A stretch of DNA of 37,187 bases from an uncultured Thermococci archaeon (GCA_964549615.1 CAZJVP010000032.1:1-37187), one strand, 5' to 3'. Shown: positions 26,540 through 35,923, numbered from the stretch's first letter. Numbers and translations: made by a program. The notes: generated by a model from the letters alone, not told the origin.

Positions 26540-26713
26540 TTATAGGTCTTCTTCCTTCTTCTTCATCATCTCAAGCCATCTTCGACGCCGGTTCTCCTCC
26601 TCGATCCTCAGCCGCTCCTTGTAGTGCTTTTCGCGCTCCACACGGGGATCCCTGAACGACTTCAGGGGGTCTCGCTTGCGCCTAGGTATTTCATCCTCGC
26701 CGTCCCACGCCAC
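26540..26713 (-). CDS. Small highly charged hypothetical protein
   Basis: GTG at 26713 after a GGGGTGAGG RBS; E/R/K-rich helix. Confidence 0.55.
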   Translation of the reverse strand: MAWDGEDEIPRRKRDPLKSFRDPRVEREKHYKERLRIEEENRRRRWLEMMKKKEEDL

Positions 26714-27111
26714 ATCCTCACCCCCGGGGAAATCTGCGGACATCGTGTCCGGTTTCCACGGATCGACGCACGGCAGTCTCCATGAGCCAGAGATTTGAAA
26801 AATGTACGTCCTTATCGAGCTTTCCTGCAGGGTGCATCCTTGCCATGCCGATGTCGTCTACAGCCGTGAGGGAGGAACGGATGTCCCGAGAGACTGAGGC
26901 GACGAAATCCAAGGCCCCCATCTCATCCTCCGAGCAGCTGCGCAAGCAGGAGCAGAAGGCCTGGGAGTGCTCAGCTTTCCGCCTCCCTCCCTTGGCGATG
27001 AATCCCCCTTCATGTCTGGCAAGGCCGCCTTCGAGGCGTTCGGCGTACACTTTTAAGGACATTTTTAAACATAAGGGCCACTTTAGTACGGGGTAGAAGC
27101 AGGACAAAGGG

Positions 27112-27666
27112 GTGTTTAACTTGGAGAAGCCGAGGATCGAAGTTCAAAACATCGTCGCCTTCGTGGATCTAAAGACCGAACTGGACCTTGAGCGCCTGGC
27201 GTTCGAGCTTCCCGACAGCGAGTACGACCCGGATCGGTTCCCTGCCCTGATCGTGAAATTCAAGCAACCCAAGATCTCCTTTCTCGTTTTCCGGAATGGG
27301 AAGATGAACTGCACCGGTGCTGACCATATCAGCAAGATCGAGGAGGGCGTTGCAAAGCTCGTCAAGATGCTTAGGAGCCTGGGGATAGACATCAAGAAGG
27401 ATCCCAAGATCACGGTCACGAACGTGGTGGCGACGGTTGACCTGGGACTAACGATGAACCTCGATGAGATCGCCCTTAACATCGAGAACGTGGAGTACGA
27501 GCCGGAACAGTTCCCGGGGCTCGTCTACAAGCCGTACGAGTCGACGGTTTCCGTGCTAATATTCGGCACGGGAAAGCTGGTGGTGGCGGGCCTTCGCGAT
27601 GCCTCGGAAGCCAGGGGGGTCGTGGACGGACTTCTCGAGAGGCTCAGGGAGGCCGGCCTGGTCTAG
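27112..27666 (+). CDS. tbp: TATA-box binding protein
   Basis: Two repeats: NIVA..YDPDRFPAL..LVFRNGKMNCTG and NVVA..YEPEQFPGLVY..LIFGTGKLVVAG; upstream TTTTAAA. Confidence 0.96.
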   Translation: MFNLEKPRIEVQNIVAFVDLKTELDLERLAFELPDSEYDPDRFPALIVKFKQPKISFLVFRNGKMNCTGADHISKIEEGVAKLVKMLRSLGIDIKKDPKITVTNVVATVDLGLTMNLDEIALNIENVEYEPEQFPGLVYKPYESTVSVLIFGTGKLVVAGLRDASEARGVVDGLLERLREAGLV

Positions 27667-27669
27667 GGC

Positions 27670-28137
27670 CTAGAATACCTCGAAGTTCAGGTTCCTAGCG
27701 GCGCGCTCGGGGGACATCAGCAGGAGACTGTCATCTCGGATCGCACCGTCGTACCTGGTCCTGAAGTCCTTGAGGAAATCCTCAAGCTCCGTGAACCCGG
27801 GATGGGCCGAGACCACGATGTGCGTGAACCTCGAGCCTTCGACGGGCGCCGCGAAGATGATGCCTTTCGTCTTCCTCAGGAATTCATCGAGCTCCCCCAA
27901 ATTGCCCTTCGAATGGTCCCACCTGAAGAGGAAGATGCTAACGATCTTGAAGCCGATCTTCTCGAGCGCCGGAAGCGCGATGTAATTGGTGATCACCCCG
28001 CTGTTCTCGAGCCGGTCTATTATCTTGCCGACGCCGGGGCCCGTTAGCCCGGTCTCGTTTCCGATGTCCTCAAGGGTCCTTCGAGCGTTCTTGCAGAGGG
28101 CCCTCAGGACCTTGATCTCGTTCTTCTTGATTGGCAT
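27670..28137 (-). CDS. Lrp/AsnC family transcriptional regulator
   Basis: L..NARRTLEDIG..TGLT...V...IDRLENSGVI..Y HTH followed by a RAM-like domain. Confidence 0.85.
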   Translation of the reverse strand: MPIKKNEIKVLRALCKNARRTLEDIGNETGLTGPGVGKIIDRLENSGVITNYIALPALEKIGFKIVSIFLFRWDHSKGNLGELDEFLRKTKGIIFAAPVEGSRFTHIVVSAHPGFTELEDFLKDFRTRYDGAIRDDSLLLMSPERAARNLNFEVF

Positions 28138-28258
28138 CCGGCGTTCCCCAACTGTGCGCTCCCTACTTACCGATGCGAAATATAATCCGAAATTTTGTTG
28201 ATAAATATTTCTGATTCCCCTCGCCTTACTTACGGAAAAAAACAGAGGGGTGCGAATC

Positions 28259-29032
28259 CTACCAGAACCTTGGGAAAAGGCTTCCTATCCTGTAGTAATG
28301 TCGGAACAGTAGGCCAACGGCCTCGGCGGCCGCCCTCCCCTGGAACTCGATTGCCGAGAGGAAGGTGTTGTCCGAGCCGACCAGCTCGATCCCGGACCAG
28401 TCTCCGTCAATAACTGCGAACGAGAAGGGGATGTCGGCCACTCTTGTGTTCTTCCACAGCTCCTGAGCTCGGCTGAGAACATCGTTCCTCACCAGTTCAA
28501 GAAGGTCCAAGGCCAGCTCGCCAAGGTGGGTCATATTGGACTTGTACAGCACTTGGATTTGGACGTTCCTGTCCAACGCGTCAAACACCGCCTTCGCTAT
28601 GGTCGGATCAACGTATCTTGTTGCAAGCTTGATCCGCCTAGCCGCCCGGTCAATCTGGTCCAGCAGGGTGCTGACCATCTCGGGGTACGTCGATATGAGC
28701 CGGGATTCGAGCGGTAGACTGGACCTGTTTTGTGCTAGTGCCCTGCGCAGGCGGTCTTGCATGTCCAGGATGAGTTTGCCCCTTTCCGTCGTCCTGTAGG
28801 ATCTCAGCCCCTCCCTCTGAATGAGTCCGAGCCTAATCAGCTCGGAAAGGCGCGAATAGTATAGCTTCTGGCTTAAGCCCGTGCGCCTCAACGCATCCTT
28901 GCCGCTCGTTAGCTCCTCGTTAGCTTGGGCTAGGATCTCCATGGCGCCTTGCTTGCCCAGGACGCTGAAGAAGCGGCCGAGGCCCGGATCCGCCGAGCGT
29001 TCCACGTCATCCGTTAGACCTGCTTCCGCCAT
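28259..29032 (-). CDS. Winged-helix transcriptional regulator with TrmB/PLD-like effector domain
   Basis: LSQKLYYSRLSELIRLGLI...YRTTERG wHTH; IDRAARRIKLAT and FAVIDG PLD-like C-terminal domain; T7 run downstream at 28236-28242. Confidence 0.78.
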   Translation of the reverse strand: MAEAGLTDDVERSADPGLGRFFSVLGKQGAMEILAQANEELTSGKDALRRTGLSQKLYYSRLSELIRLGLIQREGLRSYRTTERGKLILDMQDRLRRALAQNRSSLPLESRLISTYPEMVSTLLDQIDRAARRIKLATRYVDPTIAKAVFDALDRNVQIQVLYKSNMTHLGELALDLLELVRNDVLSRAQELWKNTRVADIPFSFAVIDGDWSGIELVGSDNTFLSAIEFQGRAAAEAVGLLFRHYYRIGSLFPRFW

Positions 29033-29383
29033 ATAACCTTATCGAGCGAACGAGCGAACGGGCGGCGATGCTGTCCGAAGAATGATCTCAATTCCGCATC
29101 TTAGGCGGGTTGGCGGCGAACGGAGTTGTCGCAATTCCGTAACATGATGGGGAAGATAGGGGTGTAGGATGACCGACGCGAAGGCCGCAAAGGGTTCAAC
29201 GCAGCGGCAGAAGAATCCGACAACTGTGCCATGGTCACAGATGAACCGGGCATTCCAACGATTTAGCTGGGTCGTTCGCCTCGGTGCAGCGGCGCCAGCT
29301 AGGTAGGTCGCAGGGTCGCAACCGGATCAAATCGGCACAAAGAACAGAGGAATATTCTTTAGTTGGGGCGGAATAGCGCCAGC

Positions 29384-29500
29384 GTGGAACGCGAGAAAAA
29401 GCTGGAAAGGCGGCTCAGATTCTACAGCCTGAGATTCATGTTCATCCTGATACCGGTGATTGCCCTCCTGCTGGTCGTGATAATACTGTCGCTCATCTAG
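29384..29500 (+). CDS. 38-aa single-TM microprotein (not in ORF track)
   Basis: GTG...TAG frame reads MEREKKLERRLRFYSLRFMFILIPVIALLLVVIILSLI; AT-rich box about 25-30 nt upstream. Confidence 0.6.
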   Translation: MEREKKLERRLRFYSLRFMFILIPVIALLLVVIILSLI

Positions 29501-29717
29501 CCTGGAGGCCCAGCTTACGGAGCTTTCCAACCGTTAACCGGATGGACCCTGCGCACGGATGCCGACGCCCACAGGCCCGAGCATCGACATGCTTTCCTGA
29601 CCTTGGTGGGACGAGCTTCGGCCGTGGCGAAACTCCGTGACCTGTGCGAGGTCGTACTCAACTAAGACGCGCGGCGAAGACATGGGATTGTCAGTCAGAA
29701 TGACATTTGCAGCTTCG

Positions 29718-29921
29718 CTATCTCGCTGCCAACTTGATGTCTTCCGCCTTCACGGTCTTCCTTCCAGCATGCCTGGCAAGCTTCACGGCCTTGGCGGCGA
29801 TCTCAGTGCCGTACTCCTCAAGTACCTCGGCCAAGGCCTTCGCCGCTGAGGCACTAACTCTCTCGGCATTCGCGTTCTGCTTGATTATCCTCTCGACAGG
29901 TGCCAGCGGAAGTTTCGCCAT
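29718..29921 (-). CDS. Archaeal histone (HMf family)
   Basis: [35 protein letters not shown]; TTTATA box near 29960 and GGTGA RBS. Confidence 0.96.
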   Translation of the reverse strand: MAKLPLAPVERIIKQNANAERVSASAAKALAEVLEEYGTEIAAKAVKLARHAGRKTVKAEDIKLAAR

Positions 29922-30112
29922 CGTCGATCACCGGTGGCCCGTGATATCCGGCAACCGAATATAAAGATTTCCAACGAGCGGGATCCCGCCGCCGCCCATC
30001 AAGGGCTTCTCCGGCTTTCGGCAAGGATCTCGAGCTCGCTCGGAACCGCAAGATCTCGGCCATCGGCTCTGTGACCACTGCGGGGCCGCAAGAAGATCTT
30101 CGTTTTGCTGGG

Positions 30113-31636
30113 CTAAGCCTCGCCGCCCGCGTGGCCGGCTTCCATCGGTAGAAGGCTGTCGCGGATTGCATCCAGCGAGGACAGTATCCTGCGTCCTCTC
30201 GGGGTTAGCGCGAAGTACTTCCTCCTGCGGCCGCGCGCCCTCACCCTCTTGCCCTTCATTTCGACGAGGCCCATCGACTCAAGCTCGCCCAGATGTTGGT
30301 ACACTGCCTGCAGGCTGATGGTCTCGCTGAACCTTACATGCAGCTCGTGCCAGATGGAGTATCCATATGTTGGACGGGCTCCGAGGGCCTCAAGGATGTG
30401 CATCTTGGTCGGGCCGAGCGCACCGAGAGATTTCTGGTCGATGTTCACCAGGTCCCATCCGGTGGAGAGCCTCGGTTCCAGGGTCTTGGCAATGCTCTCA
30501 GGGACCTTTAGCCCGCTGCCGGTGACGACACAGACTATGGTGTCCGAGGCGTCTGCTGTGCCGTCATCGATCAGCTCCCTCGCTGCGCATATGGTTGCCG
30601 CGGAGGCCGGCTCCGCAAAGATCCCCTCCTTGGATCCGAGAAGGTTCACAGCCTGGGTCATGTCATCGTCTTCGACGCAGTAAGCGAGCCCCCTTGATTC
30701 CCTTAGCGCGGCAAGGGCTGCCTGTCCGTTTATCGGATCCCCGATTGCGATGCTTGGGGCTATCGTCTCGCTCGGACCGACCGCTCGGATGGGCCTCTTC
30801 TTCTTGAAAGCAAGGGCGATGGGCGCGCACACCGCCGCCTGGGTTGCGACCATCCGAGGCATGCTGGAGATCACGCCGCACTCCCGCAGTTCCTTGAACC
30901 CCTTCCAGATCGCGTAGAGGTTAGTCCCCGTTCCGACGGGCACGACGACGAAGTCTGGGGCATCCCACCCAAGCTGGTCCGCTACCTCGAATCCCGTGGT
31001 CTTCTCCCCTTCCACGGAGTGCGGATTGGTCTCGATGGTTAGGTCGTGGCAGTCAGGAGTTCTGCATGCGGACCGGCATCTTGCTACCGCGTTCCTGAAG
31101 CTTCCGCGAGTGCGGTATACCTTAGCTCCATACACCAGGGTCTGAAGTAGTTTGCCGGCTTCGGCGGACTCTGGCGCGAAGATCAGACATTCCAGTCCCG
31201 CCTTCGAAGCGTATGCCGCAATCGATGCCCCTGTGTCTCCGTCCGTGGCGCACGCGACTCGTTTTGCGCCTAGGCTGACTGCAACGCTCACAGCAACGGT
31301 GCTGCCACGGTCGGCAAAGGACGACGTGGGATTCCGCGACTCGTCCTTGACGAACAGCTCTTTGAATCCCAGCAGCCGTTCGCACCGGTGAAGCGGCGTC
31401 CCCCCCTCGTCCAAGGTGACCTCCGGCTTCTCGAGAGGAAGAAGTTGGTGATACTTCCAGACCTTCGGGACGCCCTCTCGGAATTCCGATGCCAAGAGGC
31501 TCGAATGGTCGTATGTCGCCTCAAGCATGCCCTTCTCGCAGCGCGGACAGGTCAACGGAACAGCGCCCAGCCGGAAGAACCCGGAGCATCGCGGACATCG
31601 GTATCCGAGGAAAAGCGAGCCGGTCAGCTTCCTCAC
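30113..31636 (-). CDS. Threonine-synthase-like (fold-type II PLP) protein lacking the catalytic Lys, fused to C-terminal PadR-like wHTH
   Basis: CPRC..CPRC, TLDEGGTPL, NPTSSFADRG (K replaced by A), EGEKT, VPVGTGT, EPASA, VTGSGLK; C-terminal YGYSIW...VYQHLGELESMGLV...RKYFALTPRG. Confidence 0.85.
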   Translation of the reverse strand: MRKLTGSLFLGYRCPRCSGFFRLGAVPLTCPRCEKGMLEATYDHSSLLASEFREGVPKVWKYHQLLPLEKPEVTLDEGGTPLHRCERLLGFKELFVKDESRNPTSSFADRGSTVAVSVAVSLGAKRVACATDGDTGASIAAYASKAGLECLIFAPESAEAGKLLQTLVYGAKVYRTRGSFRNAVARCRSACRTPDCHDLTIETNPHSVEGEKTTGFEVADQLGWDAPDFVVVPVGTGTNLYAIWKGFKELRECGVISSMPRMVATQAAVCAPIALAFKKKRPIRAVGPSETIAPSIAIGDPINGQAALAALRESRGLAYCVEDDDMTQAVNLLGSKEGIFAEPASAATICAARELIDDGTADASDTIVCVVTGSGLKVPESIAKTLEPRLSTGWDLVNIDQKSLGALGPTKMHILEALGARPTYGYSIWHELHVRFSETISLQAVYQHLGELESMGLVEMKGKRVRARGRRRKYFALTPRGRRILSSLDAIRDSLLPMEAGHAGGEA

Positions 31637-32265
31637 CCGCTTTGGATCGCCCTACGCAGCAGGAACTCGTATACCTGTGAGCTATCGGAGAGCTCCGGGT
31701 GGAAGCAGGTCCCAAGGATGTTATTTTGCAGGGCGGCAACAGGCTTGCCATCGACCCATGCGATCGGTTTGCAGCCACCCCAAGTCTTCTCGATAACCGG
31801 CGCCCGTATGAAAATGCCGGTCTCCCTCACCGTGCCGCTCGGCAGCTTGAGCTCCAGCTCGGTTTCGAAGCTTTCGCGCTGTCTGCCGTACGCGTTGCGC
31901 AGAACGGATGCATCCATCACCGAAGGGAACCCCGGGTTGTTGCTCTGATCCCTGCCGTTGACGATCCTCGAAAGCAGGATGAGCCCGGCACACGTGCCGA
32001 TGATGGGTCGACCCGACCGGGCGAGCTGGATGATCGGCTTCTTCAGACCATTGGCCGCGATGAGCTTGGAGATCGTCGTGCTTTCGCCCCCCGGTATGGC
32101 CAGGCCCGCCGCATTGCTGATCGAACGGCCGTCCGTTGCCGATCTCACGCTGCCGGGCAGGGACAGCCTTTCCATGGCGCGGTGGATCGCCTCGACGTGC
32201 TCGGACACGTTCCCCTGGAATCCGAGGACGATGAACTCCGGACTCCTACCGTGCGCGCGGGACAA
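31633..32265 (-). CDS. pdxT: PLP synthase glutaminase subunit
   Basis: QGNVSEH, PGGEST, GTCAG, RNAYGRQ.ESF, FIRAP, FHPEL. Confidence 0.95.
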   Translation of the reverse strand: MSRAHGRSPEFIVLGFQGNVSEHVEAIHRAMERLSLPGSVRSATDGRSISNAAGLAIPGGESTTISKLIAANGLKKPIIQLARSGRPIIGTCAGLILLSRIVNGRDQSNNPGFPSVMDASVLRNAYGRQRESFETELELKLPSGTVRETGIFIRAPVIEKTWGGCKPIAWVDGKPVAALQNNILGTCFHPELSDSSQVYEFLLRRAIQSG

Positions 32266-32300
32266 GGCAGACCCACTTCGTATGGTTGGCCCGGGGTGGC

Positions 32301-33203
32301 TCAGATGCCCCTTTCCTGTAGCCTCTGATCGGCCGGGATGGCGGCGATCTCCAGCCCCTTCATCGGTTTGCCAAGCGATTTCGATGCCTCAAGGACCGCG
32401 GATGGATCGTTGTAGTTGTGGGTTGCCTCCACGATTGCCCTTGCCATCCTCTCGGGGTTCTCTGACTTGAATATCCCGGACCCAACGAAGACTCCATCCA
32501 CGCCCAACTGCATGCACAGCGCTGCATCGGCCGGGGTCGCTATGCCGCCGGCAGCGAAGTTCACGACCGGAAGTCTTCCCAGCTTGGCTACCTCCCTAGC
32601 CAGCTCAACGCTGACATGGTACTCCCGGGCCTTGGCAAGGAGTTCTATCTCATCGCAGAGATCCACTATGCCGCGGAGTTCGGCGATCTGCCTGTTGACC
32701 GTTCTGATGTGCTTGACCGCCTCCACGACGTTGCCGGTTCCCGCCTCCCCCTTGGTTCGGATCATCGCCGCTCCCTCCTCTATCCTCCGCAGCGCCTCGC
32801 CGAGGTCCCGGGCACCGCAAACGAAGGGTATCTTGAACTTCTTCTTGTCGATGTGGTTCGCGACGTCGGCAGGCGTCAGGACCTCGCTCTCGTCGATCAT
32901 GTCGACTCCCAACGCCTCCAGCACCTTCGCTTCAGCGAAGTGGCCGATTCGGACCTTGGCCATGACCGGGATGGTGACCGCGTCCATGATCTCGACGATC
33001 TTCTCCGGATCCGCCATCCTAGCCACACCTCCCTGGGCCCTTATGTCGGCCGGAACCGCGTGCAGCGCCATGACCGCAACGGCGCCCGCGGCCTCTGCTA
33101 TCCGGGCCTGTTCGGCGGTAACGACGTCCATGATCACGCCGCCCTTCTGCATCTTGGCAAATCCGCGCTTCAGCCTTTCCGTCCCGACGATTCTCTCTGC
33201 CAT
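32301..33203 (-). CDS. pdxS: PLP synthase lyase subunit
   Basis: [58 protein letters not shown]. Confidence 0.98.
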   Translation of the reverse strand: MAERIVGTERLKRGFAKMQKGGVIMDVVTAEQARIAEAAGAVAVMALHAVPADIRAQGGVARMADPEKIVEIMDAVTIPVMAKVRIGHFAEAKVLEALGVDMIDESEVLTPADVANHIDKKKFKIPFVCGARDLGEALRRIEEGAAMIRTKGEAGTGNVVEAVKHIRTVNRQIAELRGIVDLCDEIELLAKAREYHVSVELAREVAKLGRLPVVNFAAGGIATPADAALCMQLGVDGVFVGSGIFKSENPERMARAIVEATHNYNDPSAVLEASKSLGKPMKGLEIAAIPADQRLQERGI

Positions 33204-33241
33204 TGTCCCGCCTCAGATCAAGACGATGTTTCGTGCGGAAT

Positions 33242-33274
33242 ATGCAAGTTCGGGCTTGTATTTAACTCTTATTG
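33242..33274 (-). promoter_or_regulatory. BRE/TATA of pdxS operon with overlapping imperfect inverted repeat (candidate operator)
   Basis: Minus strand reads CAATAAGAG-TTAAATA; ATGCAAG-N6-CTTGTAT at 33242-33261. Confidence 0.5.
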
Positions 33275-33284
33275 TCATGCACGC

Positions 33285-34532
33285 TCATGCGTGGGCAAGC
33301 TTGGTTGAGCCGATCTCCCTGTAGAGCCGTCTCTTGACCATGAGCGTCCAGACCCCAAAGCCTGCCACCAGGAAGGTCCCCGAGACGCAAAGCCATTCGA
33401 TGGCGTAGATCCAGAGGAGCGCCTTGTCCTTCAGCCTCAGCGCCTCGTCCCTCAGCGAGGAGATGTCCGCGAGTAGGCCATTCATGGCCTCCCACGATCC
33501 GGCATAGTCCTGCGCGATGTACTGCGACCGGGCATCCCGCCAGCGCTCGTCCATTCCGAAGACCTTGCTTTCCAGCGGGGCCATGTTTGCCCCGAACTTG
33601 TCGACGAACTCCATCAAAGAGAAGATGAAGGCCTTCATCTCGGCATACCTCGAGAAGGCACTGCGAAGCTCGTGGACCATGACGACATCATCCGGCAGCC
33701 TCCGGCCGGTGCTGTACATCATCATCGCGATCATGACATCCGTGCCATAGGGGTTGACGCCCTCGTTCCAGAAGCTGGCGCCCAGTATGTCTTGGACCGA
33801 CCACGTATAGCCCTTGCCGTATCGCCACCCTAGGATATGAGGGAAGAATCCGGGCTTCGGATACGAGAATTCCGGGAAGACGTCCGTTTTCGACCACGTG
33901 TAGGTCTCGGAGCCATCCTTGGGTATCATTAGGTTGTTGCCCCACCATCCGACGTCGAAGACCAGTACGTGTTTATAGGCTTTCACGACGTCCGGGAGGG
34001 TCGGATCCTCGTTGAGGACGACTTGCATGTTCCCATTCCGATGATAGTTGGTTGATATCACAGCATCTGCATCATTTGGGAAGGCATCGGAGAGCACGGA
34101 CTGCGCCCAGCTGGAGGACAGATGCAGGTGCATGCTCATCACGCTCCTGTCTTGGAGTCCCCCCAGCCCCGCTTCCTCTATCGAGCGCCTCATCCACTCA
34201 AACTGCGTCGGGGTGAAGTAGAAGCAGTCTATCTGCTCCAACAGCATGAATTCATACTTTGTCGTCAGATCTTGGTAGGTGCGGGGGAAATAAAGCCTCA
34301 TGTATCGGCGGACCATGTCCGAGGTCATGTCGATGTTGGCGCTTCCGATCCGGGTCGGTATGACGACTGCATCCGTCATTGGTTCTCGCTTCAGCAGAGC
34401 CCCCATTAGGGGCATGCCGGAGGCATGTCCGGTACAGAGAACTTCTAGCGGGTCGTCTCGCTCACCTGCGCCGACAGGCAAAGCAAGTGAACCTGCTATG
34501 AGCAGCAGCACCGCCAGAACGTCCGATTTCAC
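33285..34532 (-). CDS. Secreted/membrane protein, paralog of 3244-4446
   Basis: Signal peptide from GTG 34532, YFPRTY, FVDKFGANM.P, C-terminal TM then KRRLYREI; TTTAT box near 34570. Confidence 0.78.
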   Translation of the reverse strand: MKSDVLAVLLLIAGSLALPVGAGERDDPLEVLCTGHASGMPLMGALLKREPMTDAVVIPTRIGSANIDMTSDMVRRYMRLYFPRTYQDLTTKYEFMLLEQIDCFYFTPTQFEWMRRSIEEAGLGGLQDRSVMSMHLHLSSSWAQSVLSDAFPNDADAVISTNYHRNGNMQVVLNEDPTLPDVVKAYKHVLVFDVGWWGNNLMIPKDGSETYTWSKTDVFPEFSYPKPGFFPHILGWRYGKGYTWSVQDILGASFWNEGVNPYGTDVMIAMMMYSTGRRLPDDVVMVHELRSAFSRYAEMKAFIFSLMEFVDKFGANMAPLESKVFGMDERWRDARSQYIAQDYAGSWEAMNGLLADISSLRDEALRLKDKALLWIYAIEWLCVSGTFLVAGFGVWTLMVKRRLYREIGSTKLAHA

Positions 34533-34634
34533 CGGGACCAGCTCGCAGGGTCCTTGGCGATCTCGGATCATAAAGAGTTTTCGGATGGAGCATCGATGAT
34601 CGATGGAGCAAGTGGCGTCCGCCATTCTTGCGGC

Positions 34635-35738
34635 TCAGATGAAGAGAAGCAAGAGCGCGCAGAGAGCCGCTTCGCCCACAAAGGTGGCATCGACGATCAG
34701 TCTCTGCCTGCTCCGGTCGAATCTGAACTTCGAGATTGCAAGGAAGGTCATGAGGCCGACCGTCCAGAGGAATGGCCACGCATGTCTACCGCTGGCTGTC
34801 CAGCCAGTCGCGAGGCGGCTCCCGAACGCCGCAAAGGCCGGGAGGGATACCAGGGCCAGCGCTTGGAAGAGGACGAAGATTCGCCTGCCTATCCAGCGGG
34901 TCTCGAGGAACCAGTACTGAAAGTTGTCCGAGATGTTCATGTAAGGAACCAACCAGAGCACGACGATCGCCGACGCCAGAAGCCCTGAGCTTGATGCTGG
35001 AACTGGCGCCAGCTCCTCCCCCATAAGCCAGGCCGAAGCACCCAAGGCCAATCCTCCCCAGAACCCTACGCTGTGCTCCATGAACTTCCAGGAGTCTACC
35101 TTCCAGCCCGCCGCGCTGCACTGGCGGTGGATGATGGCGCCCAGTACAAAGCCCCCGCCGAACCCAAGCCAGCCAAGCGCCGCCGTTCTAAGAACGACCA
35201 TATCGTGCGGGCCAAAATAGAAGAAGGCCACCGTCGCAAGGCATCCACCGAGCACCGCCGCCCAGGCATCGCTCCTTGGCGGTGAGAGATGCAAATCCAA
35301 CCCCACGACGAGGAGCTTGTAGGCGAGGAACGCGCCAAGCGAGGCCACCACTGCCCAGACCGCGAGTTCCCCCATTCGGTAGGAAGCGTCGCTCATCAGC
35401 AAGCCGAGCGCCGTTCCCCCGAAGAATCCCCATAGACCGCCGACGAGGAAGAGCGCCAACGAGCCGAAGAGCGGGGACCTGTCGTGTTCGGACTTCACGT
35501 AGCCGACGATCTTCCCGTAACTGAGGACCCCGCCCAGGGATATGCTGACCGCCATCGCGGCGCCAAAGATAAGGCTCTGCCACCCGCTCTCGATGGCCCC
35601 GAAGGCAAGCCATGTGGCCATCCCGCACAGAGCGCCCGGAACGGTTGCGCCCCACCAGTGGCCCCACTCCCCTCTAAGGCCCCATCCCAGCGATGTGGCA
35701 AAGGCCACTAGGAGCATGCCCGGGATGGGTTCCGACAT
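34635..35738 (-). CDS. Polytopic Gly-rich membrane protein of unknown function
   Basis: About 11-12 hydrophobic segments; GWGLRGEWGH, SYG, WKFMEH motifs; ATG 35738 (alternative TTG 35750). Confidence 0.78.
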   Translation of the reverse strand: MSEPIPGMLLVAFATSLGWGLRGEWGHWWGATVPGALCGMATWLAFGAIESGWQSLIFGAAMAVSISLGGVLSYGKIVGYVKSEHDRSPLFGSLALFLVGGLWGFFGGTALGLLMSDASYRMGELAVWAVVASLGAFLAYKLLVVGLDLHLSPPRSDAWAAVLGGCLATVAFFYFGPHDMVVLRTAALGWLGFGGGFVLGAIIHRQCSAAGWKVDSWKFMEHSVGFWGGLALGASAWLMGEELAPVPASSSGLLASAIVVLWLVPYMNISDNFQYWFLETRWIGRRIFVLFQALALVSLPAFAAFGSRLATGWTASGRHAWPFLWTVGLMTFLAISKFRFDRSRQRLIVDATFVGEAALCALLLLFI

Positions 35739-35923
35739 GGCACCGGACAAGCGGTTAGCGGCATAAGAATCTATCTCGACTCCCTTCTCCCTTCTTCATG
35801 GCAGCTTTGATCTGGGTAGCTTAGCAGCGACTGGCTGTATGGCGGACTGCAACGGACAGTGGCGACGGGATGCGCGCTAGAAAAAGCGGGGGTAGCTCGG
35901 CGAGCCACTCCGGCGGACGCGGT

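Noticed and set aside
26718-27107. Overlapping ORFs upstream of tbp (26718-27107 minus, 26782-27096 plus)
   Set aside because: Neither has motifs or a clear RBS, and both run through the tbp promoter
29044-29061. CGAGCGAA tandem repeat upstream of the wHTH regulator
   Set aside because: Too short to distinguish from chance
30113-31636. Annotation as a functional thrC
   Set aside because: The catalytic lysine of SFKDRG is Ala and an extra DNA-binding domain is fused
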